Shown: piece after piece, positions 1 to 10,071 of the stretch
Layout: each line of letters starts with the position of its first letter
Numbering within the stretch: the first letter of the stretch is position 1
Assembly (NCBI GenBank): GCA_905207625.1
Contig: CAJLLT010000003.1
Span: 43,924-107,923, forward strand
From: an uncultured Eubacteriales bacterium
GTDB taxonomy: Bacteria; Bacillota; Clostridia; Oscillospirales; UBA644
Direction: 5' to 3'
Length of the DNA: 64,000 nt
Notes under the pieces: model-generated
Told to the model about the DNA's origin: nothing
Seen by the model: the letters and a program-made list of their open reading frames with translations, nothing else
Database searches by the model: none
Translations under genes and position numbers: made by a program

Positions 1-1274
1 CTGCGTACCAGTTGGCAAAAAGAGGGGTTCATGTCCGTCTTTTTGAGATGAAACCGAAAAAAAAGATCCCGGCACACAACACCGATAATTTCTGTGAACT
101 GTGCTGTTCCAATTCTTTCCGCGCGGAGGGACTGGGCAATGCCGTTGGCGTCCTTAAAGAAGAACTCCGCCGGATGGACAGCCTTGTTATGCGCTGTGCC
201 GACCTGACCCGTGTACCGGCTGGGGGAGCTCTTGCGGTGGACAGGGAGAAGTTCTCTTCCTCCGTTACCGAGGCCCTGCGGGCACAGAAAAATATTGAAA
301 TAATCGAAAAAGAAGTAACCGACCTCGATTTTGAGGAAAACACGATAGTTGCCTCTGGACCGCTTACAAGTGACGCGCTTGCGGCGGCAATACACGGTTT
401 CTTCGGAAGGGATGAGCTTCATTTTTTTGACGCGGCGGCACCGATAGTTCTGGCGGAAAGCGTGGATATGTCGAAGGCGTATCTTGCTTCCCGGTACGGA
501 AAGGGTACGGCTGACTATATAAACTGCCCCATGGATAAGGAGCAGTACGAAGCTTTCTATGCCGCTCTTGTTTCCGCGCAGACGGCACAATTGCACGATT
601 TTGAAAATGATAAGGTTTTTGAGGGCTGCATGCCGGTGGAGGTCATGGCTTCGAGGGGTGAAGAAACTCTGCGCTACGGACCGATGAAGCCCGTGGGTCT
701 GCCGGACCCCCATACCGGAAAGCTTCCCTATGCGGTGGTGCAGTTGCGTAAGGACAACGCCGCTTCCTCCATGTACAACATCGTCGGGTTTCAGACTCAT
801 CTGCTTTTCGGAGAGCAAAGAAGGGTGTTTTCCATGATCCCTGGACTGGAAAATGCGGAATTTGTCCGTTACGGCGTAATGCATCGCAATACGTTTATAA
901 ATTCTCCGGGACAGCTTCGTCCCACATATGAGACGGTGAAGCGTAAGGGACTGTTTTTTGCCGGGCAGATGACCGGTGTTGAGGGTTATATAGAGAGCTG
1001 CAGCTCCGGGTTTGTGGCGGCGCTGAATGCTGTCCCCGGGCTGGAAAAACCGGTGATATTTGATAACCGTACCGCCACGGGAGCCCTGGCTCAGTACATA
1101 AGCAACGAAAGTGTCGAGGCATTCGAGCCGATGAATGTTAATTTCGGAATATTCGCGCCTCTGGAAAAAACCGGACCCAACGGAAAAAAACTCCGCAAAG
1201 CCGACCGCAAAGCGGCTTATGCCGAAAGAGCCCTTGAAGTTATTGACGGCATGAAGGCGGAGTTTGGTATATAA
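1..1274 (+). CDS. trmFO: Methylenetetrahydrofolate--tRNA-(uracil54-C5)-methyltransferase TrmFO, N-terminus cut by window edge
   Basis: Frame 3 is open to the window edge. The 420 aa in the track (12..1274) match TrmFO/Gid along their length from memory ([48 protein letters not shown]). The FAD-binding N-terminus lies upstream of the window. Confidence 0.9.
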   Translation, partial: AYQLAKRGVHVRLFEMKPKKKIPAHNTDNFCELCCSNSFRAEGLGNAVGVLKEELRRMDSLVMRCADLTRVPAGGALAVDREKFSSSVTEALRAQKNIEIIEKEVTDLDFEENTIVASGPLTSDALAAAIHGFFGRDELHFFDAAAPIVLAESVDMSKAYLASRYGKGTADYINCPMDKEQYEAFYAALVSAQTAQLHDFENDKVFEGCMPVEVMASRGEETLRYGPMKPVGLPDPHTGKLPYAVVQLRKDNAASSMYNIVGFQTHLLFGEQRRVFSMIPGLENAEFVRYGVMHRNTFINSPGQLRPTYETVKRKGLFFAGQMTGVEGYIESCSSGFVAALNAVPGLEKPVIFDNRTATGALAQYISNESVEAFEPMNVNFGIFAPLEKTGPNGKKLRKADRKAAYAERALEVIDGMKAEFGI

Positions 1275-1295
1275 TTCCTCAAAAGGGGGACATTA

Positions 1296-2318
1296 ATGAT
1301 GAAACTGATAATAGACGTAATGGGCGGCGACAACGCGCCGGATGCCGTTCTTGAGGCCTGTGCGGCGGCAAGGGACGAGTTTCCGGAAGTGGAATTCATT
1401 CTGGTGGGGAAAAGCGATGTTATAAAACAGCGCACGGAAGCCCTCGGTATTGCACCGAAGCTTTCCGGCTGCACCGTGGAAGACGCCCCAGATGAGATCA
1501 CAATGTGCGATGAGCCTATATCCGTAAGGCACAAAAAGGATTCCTCCATGGCTGTGGCTCTGAGACTTCTCAAGGAAGGGCAGGGTGACGCTCTGGTCAG
1601 CGCCGGGAACACCGGTGCCCTGCTTGTGGGTGCGACGCTTTTCGTCCGCTGTATCGACGGTATAAAGAGGGCAGCCCTTTGCCCCATGTTTCCCACAAAA
1701 ACGGGGAAAATGATGATAGTTGACAGCGGTGCAAACCTGGACTGCAAGCCGGAAATGCTGAATCAGTTCGCCGTGATGGGAAGCGAATATATGCGGTGCA
1801 TGGAGGGGCTTGAGTCTCCCCGTGTCGGTCTTGCCAACAACGGCGAGGAGGAAACAAAGGGCCCCGAGCTGTACGTTGAGGCCTATAAACTGCTTAAGGC
1901 AAACAAAAACATCAACTTTATAGGAAATGTTGAGGGCAGGGGCGTCATGATGGGACAGTGCGACGTGCTTGTCTGCGACGGGTTTACGGGGAATCTTATA
2001 CTGAAGAGCTGTGAGGGTACCGGGCTCCTGTTTATCGGTGAACTCAAGGATATCTTCTACAAGAACCTCATTACGAAACTGGGTGCGGCGCTGGTATATA
2101 AGGGGCTGAAACAGTTTAAAAAGAGAATGGATTACAAGGAGATCGGCGGCGCGGTGCTTCTGGGTATACGCAAGCCGGTGGTCAAAGCCCACGGAAGCAG
2201 TGATGCAAGGGCTTACCGCAGTGCCATAAGACAGGCGGTGAATTTTGCCCGTGCGGGGGTAATTGACCGTATCTCCGCCGTGGCGGCTACGCTTTCCGAT
2301 GCCGGAAAGGCGGAATAA
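1296..2318 (+). CDS. plsX: Phosphate acyltransferase PlsX
   Basis: 340 aa. N-terminus MKLIIDVMGGDNAP and the SAGNTGA motif are typical of PlsX. SD AAAGGGGGA lies upstream. Conserved plsX-acp-rnc gene order. Confidence 0.95.
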   Translation: MMKLIIDVMGGDNAPDAVLEACAAARDEFPEVEFILVGKSDVIKQRTEALGIAPKLSGCTVEDAPDEITMCDEPISVRHKKDSSMAVALRLLKEGQGDALVSAGNTGALLVGATLFVRCIDGIKRAALCPMFPTKTGKMMIVDSGANLDCKPEMLNQFAVMGSEYMRCMEGLESPRVGLANNGEEETKGPELYVEAYKLLKANKNINFIGNVEGRGVMMGQCDVLVCDGFTGNLILKSCEGTGLLFIGELKDIFYKNLITKLGAALVYKGLKQFKKRMDYKEIGGAVLLGIRKPVVKAHGSSDARAYRSAIRQAVNFARAGVIDRISAVAATLSDAGKAE

Positions 2319-2331
2319 GAAAGGGTTTTAC

Positions 2332-2574
2332 ATGAGCAGGGAAGAAGTTTTTGAAAGGCTTCTGCCGGAACTTGCGGATGTTTTCGGTGTGGAGCCGGAT
2401 GAGATTACCGTGCAGACCGATATGTTCGAAGAACTTGGCGCGGACAGGTTCGATATGACGGAAATATCGATGATAATCGAGGAAGAGTTTGATATTCTTA
2501 CCGACGACGAGGTCTTTTCCGGAATAAAGACTGTCCGGCAACTGTGCGATTATGTGTGCGACAAGGCGGAATAG
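2332..2574 (+). CDS. acpP: Acyl carrier protein homologue (attachment-site Ser replaced by Arg)
   Basis: 80 aa from ATG 2332; the track ORF start at 2263 lies inside plsX. ACP helix-II pattern EELGAD-R-FDMTEISMIIEEEFD aligns with canonical [21 protein letters not shown]. Position between plsX and rnc fits. Confidence 0.8.
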   Translation: MSREEVFERLLPELADVFGVEPDEITVQTDMFEELGADRFDMTEISMIIEEEFDILTDDEVFSGIKTVRQLCDYVCDKAE

Positions 2575-2586
2575 CCGGAGGATAAC

Positions 2587-3291
2587 ATGAACGATCATAT
2601 TCCCGAGGAATTACGGCAGGCGGTGGTGCTCCTGGAAGAGAAAACCGGGTATGTTTTCTCTGACAAGTCCCTTGCCGCGAATGCTCTGACTCATTCCTCA
2701 TTCTACAATGAACATAAGAAAAACTCCGTCTCCAACGAAAGACTGGAGTTTCTGGGGGATTCCGTCCTGTCCCTGATAATGTGCGAGTATCTTTATCTTC
2801 ACGATGACCGTGACGAGGGAAGACTGACAAAGATCAAGGCGGCGCTGGTGTGCGAGGAAAGCCTGTACGGCTTTGCCAGAAAGATAGGGCTGGGGGACTG
2901 TATCTGTTTCGGAAAGGGCGACAGGGAAGAGGGGCGCACAAGGCCTTCCTCCCTTGCGGATGCGGTAGAGGCGGTCCTTGGCGCGATATACCTTGACGGG
3001 GGCATGGAAAAGGCACGGGAGCTGATCCTTCCTTATCTCTCGGAAAGTCTTGCGGAGTATGACACCGGGTCGGATTATAAGACCATGCTTCAGGAAGTGG
3101 TGCAGAAAAACAAGGGTGAACGTCTTACATATGAGATTACTTCCGAGTCCGGTCCGTCCCATGACAAACAGTTTGAGTGCAACGTGCTTATAAACAGCAA
3201 TGTCATTGCCCGGGGCAGCGGCCATTCCAAAAAGGCGGCGGAACAGGCGGCTGCCCGGGAGGCTCTGTCTCTTATGGGGATAACCAAATGA
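2587..3291 (+). CDS. rnc: Ribonuclease III
   Basis: 234 aa. RNase III signature ERLEFLGDSVL and a C-terminal dsRNA-binding motif (GSGHSKKAAEQAAAREAL). Confidence 0.95.
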   Translation: MNDHIPEELRQAVVLLEEKTGYVFSDKSLAANALTHSSFYNEHKKNSVSNERLEFLGDSVLSLIMCEYLYLHDDRDEGRLTKIKAALVCEESLYGFARKIGLGDCICFGKGDREEGRTRPSSLADAVEAVLGAIYLDGGMEKARELILPYLSESLAEYDTGSDYKTMLQEVVQKNKGERLTYEITSESGPSHDKQFECNVLINSNVIARGSGHSKKAAEQAAAREALSLMGITK

Positions 3292-4325
3292 CTCCGGAGG
3301 GAAAACATGCCACAGTCCCGGTTTTTGTACCCCATATGGCGTGTCCTAACGACTGTGTTTTCTGCAATCAGCGCCGCATAGCCGGAACTGAAAAGCCGAT
3401 AGAAGATGTGTACGGCTGCCTCCGGGACGAAATGTCCAAGATGTCAAAGCAGTTCCGGGAAGTGGATATTGCCTTCTTCGGCGGAAGTTTTACCGGTATA
3501 GGAGAGGCTGAAATGCGCCGTTACCTATCCGCCGCCGCGAAAATAAGGCAGCAGGACGGCAGAATAACCGGAATAAGGCTTTCCACACGTCCGGATTATA
3601 TTGACCCGGATATACTGGGAATACTGAAGGAATACGGCGTTACTGCGGTGGAACTCGGGGCGCAGAGCATGGACGACGGTGTTCTTGCCCTTGCCGGGCG
3701 GGGACATACCGCATCCGATACCGTAAGAGCCGCCGGAATGATCCGTGATGCGGGCTTTGAGCTCGTTCTGCAGATCATGCCGGGATTGCCGGGAAGCGAT
3801 GAGAAAAAAGACCTGGAAACTGCCGATGCGGTGTTCGCACTTAAGCCGGACGGGATACGGATATATCCCTGCACCGTTATAAAGCAGACGAAACTGGAGG
3901 ATATGTATCTGCGGGGGGAATACATTCCCTATACTGTGGAACAGGCGGTGGATGTCTGTGCAAAAATAGCCGGAAAGGCTCAGTCGGAAGGGGTAAAGAT
4001 CCTCCGTATGGGACTCCACAGCTCCGACCTTGTCCGGGATAACTCCGTTACTGCGGGGCCCTTTCATCCGGCATTCGGAGAACTTGTGACACAGAGAATA
4101 TATCTCTCAAGGGCTGAAAAGCTTCTTGATGAGGTCTTCCGGGAGAAAAAACCGGAAAAAATACGTCTTGCGGTGGCAAAGGGCCACACCTCGAAAATGA
4201 CGGGGCAGAAAAGACGGAACATTACTTATCTTGAGGGGAAATACAGCGTGAAGATCACCGTTTGCGAGGATGAAAACCTTGCTCCGGGGGAGATCGGGGT
4301 GCTTGAAAATGACGATGAAAAATAA
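3288..4325 (+). CDS. Radical SAM protein (ELP3-like family, function unknown)
   Basis: ATG 3288 overlaps the rnc stop (ATGA). CPNDCVFCNQ is a CxxxCxxC cluster motif near the N-terminus. The track ORF start at 3177 lies inside rnc and is rejected. Confidence 0.8.
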   Translation: MTPEGKHATVPVFVPHMACPNDCVFCNQRRIAGTEKPIEDVYGCLRDEMSKMSKQFREVDIAFFGGSFTGIGEAEMRRYLSAAAKIRQQDGRITGIRLSTRPDYIDPDILGILKEYGVTAVELGAQSMDDGVLALAGRGHTASDTVRAAGMIRDAGFELVLQIMPGLPGSDEKKDLETADAVFALKPDGIRIYPCTVIKQTKLEDMYLRGEYIPYTVEQAVDVCAKIAGKAQSEGVKILRMGLHSSDLVRDNSVTAGPFHPAFGELVTQRIYLSRAEKLLDEVFREKKPEKIRLAVAKGHTSKMTGQKRRNITYLEGKYSVKITVCEDENLAPGEIGVLENDDEK

Positions 4326-5316
4326 ACTCAGAGCTGCAGTGATCGGCTGCGGTGCCGTTGCCGGACAGCATCTGTATTCCATAGCGGATATGGCGGACGC
4401 GGAACTTGTGGCGGTATGTGACATAAAAGAAGAACGGGCGAAAAAAGCTTCTGAACTCGGGGAAAATGTAGCGGTATATACCGACTGGGAAAAAATGATC
4501 CGGGAGGCGGATATAGATGTCTGCCATATATGTACCCCCCATTATCTGCATGTTCCGATGGCTGTGGAATGTCTGCGCCGGGGAATAAACGTTCTGACCG
4601 AAAAACCCTGCGCGGATAATGTGGAAAACGGCGAAAAACTTCTCCGTGAAGCGGAAAAAAGTACGGCGCAATGCGGGGTATGCTTTCAGAACAGATATAA
4701 CCTTACCAGCCGTGTACTCAAACAGAAGTTGGACAGCGGTGAATACGGGAAAATTCTCGGCGCGAGGGCGTTTGTTACCTGGCACCGGGAGGACGGGTAC
4801 TATACCGAAAGCGGCTGGAGAGGAAAGATAGCCACAGAGGGCGGCGGGGTGATGATGAATCAGGCAATACATACCCTTGACCTGGTCCGGTGGCTTCTCG
4901 GGGATGTGGAACAGGTTCAGGGCAAGGTGGCATCTCACTGGTTCGGGCATATAAATGATACGGAGGATACCGCCGAGATTGCGATACGTTTCAAAAGCGG
5001 GGCGAGAGGAATTGTGTTCGCAACGGTCGGATATGTTACCGATTCTCCGGTATTTATTGAAATCGTGACCGAAAAAGCCGTGTTTACCCTTTGCGATACC
5101 CTTACGGTGAAAGGCTGTGACGGTCAGACAGAGGTCTTCCGCAATCTTCCCGGAAAAGTCGGGGCAAAGGCGTACTGGGGCACCTGCCACGAAGAGCTTA
5201 TACAGGACTTTTACCGTTGCGTGGAACAGAACAAACCCTTTCCTATACCCGTCCGGGAGGCAATGAAGAGCCTCAGAATGATCGATCAGCTTTATACTTC
5301 GAGCCGAAAGGAGTAA
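4309..5316 (+). CDS. Gfo/Idh/MocA family NAD(P)-dependent oxidoreductase
   Basis: N-terminal Rossmann motif LRAAVIGCGAVAGQH, then LTEKP and a C-terminal alpha/beta domain typical of the family. ATG 4309 lies 7 nt after GGGGTG and overlaps the upstream gene end. Confidence 0.85.
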   Translation: MTMKNKLRAAVIGCGAVAGQHLYSIADMADAELVAVCDIKEERAKKASELGENVAVYTDWEKMIREADIDVCHICTPHYLHVPMAVECLRRGINVLTEKPCADNVENGEKLLREAEKSTAQCGVCFQNRYNLTSRVLKQKLDSGEYGKILGARAFVTWHREDGYYTESGWRGKIATEGGGVMMNQAIHTLDLVRWLLGDVEQVQGKVASHWFGHINDTEDTAEIAIRFKSGARGIVFATVGYVTDSPVFIEIVTEKAVFTLCDTLTVKGCDGQTEVFRNLPGKVGAKAYWGTCHEELIQDFYRCVEQNKPFPIPVREAMKSLRMIDQLYTSSRKE

Positions 5317-5319
5317 CGG

Positions 5320-5904
5320 ATGCAGTACATAATCGTCGGTTTTCTTTTTACTCTCATCAATTTTGCCTGGCCTGTGAAAAGTGCGGAAGGGGCAACGTAT
5401 ATTGTTGATATCCTTCCGGATTTTATCGGATATCTCCTTATCTGGTTTGCCCTTGAAAAGCGAGCTGATGTAAACCGCATCTGCAAGGCTGGTCTGAATG
5501 TTGCCGCAGTCCTTACCGGCGTAACGTTTGTACATTTCCTTTGCCAGATAAGGTTTCTCTTCATGCCCATGCTGGGGGACCGTTCCCTTGTTTTTGTTAA
5601 AAACGCTTATGAATGGCTCGGCAAAGGTTTTGAGTATATTTCAGGAATAGTCACCGCCTGCGGCTTCGGCTTTGCGGTTCTGTTCCTGCTCGGAGTCCGT
5701 CTGCGGACGAAAACGCTCGGACTCAGGGGCCGGATTCCGCTGATATTCGTTTGTGTGGGACTGTGCGGAGTTACCGCGGCGGGATATATCGTTTCGGTCT
5801 GGGTCACCTTACCCTTTAGTCTGACATACATGGCGGTCATGACTGCCGCAGCGGTCACGGCGACCACATACCTGTGCTTGAATAAGGATGAAAGATTCCG
5901 ATAA
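5320..5904 (+). CDS. Hypothetical polytopic membrane protein
   Basis: 194 aa with about six hydrophobic segments. Starts 3 nt after the upstream stop. No recognisable motif. Confidence 0.55.
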   Translation: MQYIIVGFLFTLINFAWPVKSAEGATYIVDILPDFIGYLLIWFALEKRADVNRICKAGLNVAAVLTGVTFVHFLCQIRFLFMPMLGDRSLVFVKNAYEWLGKGFEYISGIVTACGFGFAVLFLLGVRLRTKTLGLRGRIPLIFVCVGLCGVTAAGYIVSVWVTLPFSLTYMAVMTAAAVTATTYLCLNKDERFR

Positions 5905-5916
5905 GAAAGGCAAAAT

Positions 5917-7299
5917 ATGAATATTCTTGATAATGTGAAAAAGGTCTGGTTCATTGGCATTGGCGGCTCCTCCATGAGCAGCCTTGCGGAGATCCTGATG
6001 CGCCGGGGCTTCTCTGTAGCAGGCTCCGATATGCAGTCCTCCGCCATGACGGATAAGCTTTCCGGGGACGGAATAAAGGTCTGCATCGGTCACGATGCCG
6101 AAAATCTGAAAAAAGAAAACCCCGATATCGTGGTGCGTACCGATGCCATAGCAATGACGAATCCCGAAGTTGTCTACGCTTCGGAAAACGGAATTCCCGT
6201 TTATCGCCGGGCTGAGCTTCTGGGAACGATCCTTGCGGGATATGAAAAGACCGTCGGGGTTGCCGGAACTCACGGCAAGACCACGACCAGTTCCATGATC
6301 ACCTCCGTTTTTATGGAGCAGTACCCTGATGTTTCCGCCATTATCGGCGGTAAAATGAAGCGGATAGATTCTTCTTATAAGATCGGCTCGGATAAGTTCT
6401 GTGTTTTCGAGAGCTGTGAATTCCGGGACTCTTTTCTGCATTTTCATCCCGATATTTCCGTTGTGCTGAACATAGCAGAAGATCATATGGAGTATTTCAA
6501 GACTCTGGAGAATCTTATTTCTTCTTTCAGGAAATATCTTTCCAATACCCGGCCGGGGGGTACGGTGGTGTATAACGCGGAATGCCCCAATTCCGCAAAG
6601 ATGATAGAAGGATATCAGGGTAATAAAATATCTTTCGGAGTTGAGCGGGGGGATGTTCACGCCCGGAATATTGAGGATGAACACGGGATATACTCCTTTG
6701 ACTGCATAATCCACGGAAAGTTCTTCACCCGTATCAGACTTTCCGTCCCGGGGTATCATAATGTAAAAAATGCCCTTGCCACCGCCGCCGCAAGCTATGT
6801 TGCGGGTATAGATGCCGCTGCCGTAAGTTCCGGAATTGCCCACTATACGGGGGCCGGACGGCGGTTTGAGTACCACTGTACCGTTAACGGCGCAGTTATT
6901 GCGGACGATTACGGCCACCATCCCGATGCCTACCGCGTAACCTTCGCCACTGCCCGTGAACTGGGGTTCAAGCGGATAATCGCTATCCACCAGCCCCATA
7001 CCTATTCCCGGACCAAAATGCTTATGGATGAGTTTGTTGAAGTCCTTTCCACGGTGGATAAGGTCCTAATTCCGCCGATCTATGCCGCCCGGGAGACGAA
7101 TGATGAGTACCGGGTGTATTCCCAGGATCTCGTCGCCCGTTTGCCCAATGCCGAATATATGGAGGATTTTGAACATATCGCCCGCAGGGTCAAGCAACTT
7201 GCGCAACCCGGGGATCTGTTTATTACCCTGGGATGCGGTGATATCTATAAGGCGGCGGAGCTTATAACAAAGCTGTACGGAGAAAAAAAATTCCTTTAA
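5917..7299 (+). CDS. murC: UDP-N-acetylmuramate--L-alanine ligase MurC
   Basis: 460 aa. N-terminal FIGIGGSSMSSLA, ATP-binding GVAGTHGKTTTSSM, and Mur ligase central and C-terminal domains. Confidence 0.95.
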   Translation: MNILDNVKKVWFIGIGGSSMSSLAEILMRRGFSVAGSDMQSSAMTDKLSGDGIKVCIGHDAENLKKENPDIVVRTDAIAMTNPEVVYASENGIPVYRRAELLGTILAGYEKTVGVAGTHGKTTTSSMITSVFMEQYPDVSAIIGGKMKRIDSSYKIGSDKFCVFESCEFRDSFLHFHPDISVVLNIAEDHMEYFKTLENLISSFRKYLSNTRPGGTVVYNAECPNSAKMIEGYQGNKISFGVERGDVHARNIEDEHGIYSFDCIIHGKFFTRIRLSVPGYHNVKNALATAAASYVAGIDAAAVSSGIAHYTGAGRRFEYHCTVNGAVIADDYGHHPDAYRVTFATARELGFKRIIAIHQPHTYSRTKMLMDEFVEVLSTVDKVLIPPIYAARETNDEYRVYSQDLVARLPNAEYMEDFEHIARRVKQLAQPGDLFITLGCGDIYKAAELITKLYGEKKFL

Positions 7300-7308
7300 G
7301 AGAGAAAG

Positions 7309-7332
7309 AACGTCGCTGTTGCGGCGTTTTTT
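7309..7332 (+). terminator. Rho-independent terminator after murC
   Basis: AACGTCGC-TGTT-GCGGCGTT hairpin (one G-T pair) followed by a T run at 7327-7332. Confidence 0.7.
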
Positions 7333-7501
7333 CGTTTTAATAAAATCTTAAGGGAAATAAGGGTTTCTTTTTCAGAAAAACAGTGGTATAATATGCGTGA
7401 GGATGTCCGGAAGGCTTTTCCGGACGCAAAGTACATTTCTGCCGGGCTGGGGCGGATCTCCGTTTTCAGCGTGTCGGGAATCCAGAGGAAGGACCGGAAA
7501 T

Positions 7502-8203
7502 ATGCCGAACATACTTGTCTGTGACGATGAAAGGGATATTGTCTCCGCGCTGAAGATATATCTTACCGCCGAGGGATACGAGGTCTTTACCGCCTACGAC
7601 GGTATGGATGCGGTACGGGTGACAGAGGAAAAAGAGGTTCATCTGATACTGATGGATATAATGATGCCGGTCATGGACGGGGTAGAAGCGGTATCAAGGA
7701 TCCGGCAGGAGTATAACGTCCCGATAATTTTTCTCAGTGCCAAAGGCGAGGACACGGATAAGATAATAGGGCTCAATATCGGTGCGGACGATTATATCAC
7801 GAAACCGTTTAATCCCGTAGAGCTCGTGGCACGGGTAAAAGCCTCCCTCCGCCGGTACATGAAGTTCGGCGGCGTGCCATCCGTTTCGCCTTCAAGGCTT
7901 GAAGTCGGCGGAATAGTGATAAACGACGATGAAAAGACCGTTACCGCAGAGGGAGAGCCGGTGACTCTTACTCCTACGGAGTACGATATTCTCAAACTGC
8001 TCATGGCAAGCCCCGGCAAGGTCTTTTCGATAAAGGATATTTACCGTAATGTCTGGGGCGATTCGCCTTACGGCGCGGAAAATACTGTTGCCGTTCACAT
8101 ACGGCATCTTCGGGAAAAGCTGGAGATAAACCCTGCCGAGCCACGGTATCTGAAGGTGGTCTGGGGGCAGGGATATAAAGTTGATGGGGGCAATGTGAAA
8201 TGA
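7502..8203 (+). CDS. OmpR/PhoB-family two-component response regulator
   Basis: Receiver domain (ILVCDDE...DIMMP...K) plus winged-helix output domain (LTPTEYDILKLL...VWG). ATG 7502 is chosen over the track start 7397, which adds a non-homologous extension. Confidence 0.9.
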   Translation: MPNILVCDDERDIVSALKIYLTAEGYEVFTAYDGMDAVRVTEEKEVHLILMDIMMPVMDGVEAVSRIRQEYNVPIIFLSAKGEDTDKIIGLNIGADDYITKPFNPVELVARVKASLRRYMKFGGVPSVSPSRLEVGGIVINDDEKTVTAEGEPVTLTPTEYDILKLLMASPGKVFSIKDIYRNVWGDSPYGAENTVAVHIRHLREKLEINPAEPRYLKVVWGQGYKVDGGNVK

Positions 8204-10071
8204 ACAGAATAAAGGGCAATCTTGCGGTAAAGACCCTGGTGATGATACTCAGCGTATTGCTTCCGATTGCGGCTTTGCTTTCCGTTTCGGGCTTTGTCTA
8301 TATGTTCCGGGAGGAATACTATTCCGCACCCTGGTCGGAAAAAGAAGCGTCAATTCTCATGGAACACGCTTATCAAATGGTCAGACCGGCGCTTCAGTAT
8401 CCGGATAATCCCGAATACTGGGGACCGGATCACTCAAATATTCTCCTTGAAATTGAGGATGAGACTGGGACGACCCTTGCCTCGTCCGCACGGGATGATA
8501 TTGTTGTTTCGACAACGACGGAGCGGGAATACCCTTTGGAGATGTTTACCGAGAATGGAGACAGTTATCTGCTTGAAATAAATGTCAGGGCATCCGTGGT
8601 GAGTCCTTTTCAGGCCCGGACCCGGTTCACTATAGAATATGAAAGGCTTCATCTGCTGTACAGATCCAGGTATATTATTCCCGTAGCGGGTTGTGTGTTC
8701 GCCGTACTTACCGTGGTTTGCTGGGTATTTCTGATCTGTGCCGCCGGACACAGGAAGGGAACAGCGGAGGTTTGCGACGGTCCGTTTTCAAAAATACCCT
8801 TTGATGTTGTCACCGCAGTGGTTGCAGGGAGTATCACTCTGCTGTTTCTCTGTATGCGCGGAAGCTACATCGACAGAGTTGTCCGGAACTTTGTTTTTCT
8901 CCTCACGGTGTACGTTATTTCAGAGTTTTATATAATGAGCTTTGCGGTGAGGCTGAAACGGGGAACTCTGGTCCGGGAAAGCCTGATCTATAAACTTCTC
9001 CTTCTCCTGTTCCGGGGTATCCGTTCCGCCGGAAGGTTCATCGGAAGAGCGTTCCTTAACATAGGTTTCGGCTGGAAAGCGGTTATTTTTGTTCTCGGAA
9101 TGATGGCGGCGGAGTTTTTCATCGCAAATGCGGGGCAGTCTTCAGGACGGTATACATTTGCGGTTCTGTGGATCCTTATATGGCTCGGAGTTCTGATATT
9201 CCTGCTTTATGCGGCGGGAAATATGCAACAGCTCAAAAAAAGCGGCAGGAGACTTGCCGAAGGTGACTTCGATTATAAAACGGATACCAGAAAGATGCTT
9301 CCGGATTTCAGGGAGTACGGGCTTGATCTGAACTGCATTGCGCTTGGAATGAACCGGGCTGTTGAGGAAAAGACAAAGAGTGAGAGGCTGAAGGCGGAAC
9401 TTATAACCAATGTCTCTCATGATATTAAAACTCCTCTCACGGCAATTATATCCTATATGGATCTGATGAAGAAAGAACACACGGATAATGAAAAACTCCG
9501 GGAATATATCGAAATCGCGGCAAAGCAGTCGGAAAGACTGAAAAAACTTACGGAGGATCTTGTTGAGGCGTCGAAGGCCTCTACAGGAAACCTGCCGGTG
9601 GAATCCGTGGAGTGCGATCTTAACGAATTCGTCCTGCAACTCGATGGGGAATACCGTGAAAGGCTGGCGGCGAAAAATCTTGAACTTGTGACCTGCGTTC
9701 CGGAGAAAAAAACCCTGATCATGGCGGATCGGAGACATCTATGGAGGATATGCGATAATCTGATGAATAATGCGGTCAAGTATTCCCAGCGCGGCACCCG
9801 TGTGTATCTTACGCTTCAGACCCGTGGTGGTGAGGCGGTCATCGGTTTCCGCAACATTTCCTCCCAACCCCTTAATATTCCCGTGGAAGAGCTGACCGAA
9901 AGGTTTGTCCGGGGCGATTCTTCAAGACATACGGAAGGCAGCGGTCTGGGGCTTTCCATTGCCCGGAGTCTCGTTTGCCTTCAGGGAGGGAATCTTGAGC
10001 TGAGTGTGGACGGGGACCTGTTCAAAGCCGAGGTTCTGTTTCCCCTTGTTCTGAAAAATGAAGAAAACTGA
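8200..10071 (+). CDS. Sensor histidine kinase with large multi-TM N-terminal domain
   Basis: ATGA overlap with the response regulator gene. H-box ITNVSHDIKTPLTAI, and N, G1 and G2 boxes (NLMNNAVKY, GSGLGLSIA). Confidence 0.9.
   Translation: MNRIKGNLAVKTLVMILSVLLPIAALLSVSGFVYMFREEYYSAPWSEKEASILMEHAYQMVRPALQYPDNPEYWGPDHSNILLEIEDETGTTLASSARDDIVVSTTTEREYPLEMFTENGDSYLLEINVRASVVSPFQARTRFTIEYERLHLLYRSRYIIPVAGCVFAVLTVVCWVFLICAAGHRKGTAEVCDGPFSKIPFDVVTAVVAGSITLLFLCMRGSYIDRVVRNFVFLLTVYVISEFYIMSFAVRLKRGTLVRESLIYKLLLLLFRGIRSAGRFIGRAFLNIGFGWKAVIFVLGMMAAEFFIANAGQSSGRYTFAVLWILIWLGVLIFLLYAAGNMQQLKKSGRRLAEGDFDYKTDTRKMLPDFREYGLDLNCIALGMNRAVEEKTKSERLKAELITNVSHDIKTPLTAIISYMDLMKKEHTDNEKLREYIEIAAKQSERLKKLTEDLVEASKASTGNLPVESVECDLNEFVLQLDGEYRERLAAKNLELVTCVPEKKTLIMADRRHLWRICDNLMNNAVKYSQRGTRVYLTLQTRGGEAVIGFRNISSQPLNIPVEELTERFVRGDSSRHTEGSGLGLSIARSLVCLQGGNLELSVDGDLFKAEVLFPLVLKNEEN

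Noticed and set aside
4255-5535. 426-aa minus-strand ORF opposite the Gfo/Idh/MocA gene
   Set aside because: Shadow ORF. The plus strand has a clear Rossmann-fold oxidoreductase, and the minus-strand product has no motif and an odd composition. The same reasoning applies to 1293..2192, 5809..6999, 10525..11133 and 11407..12246.
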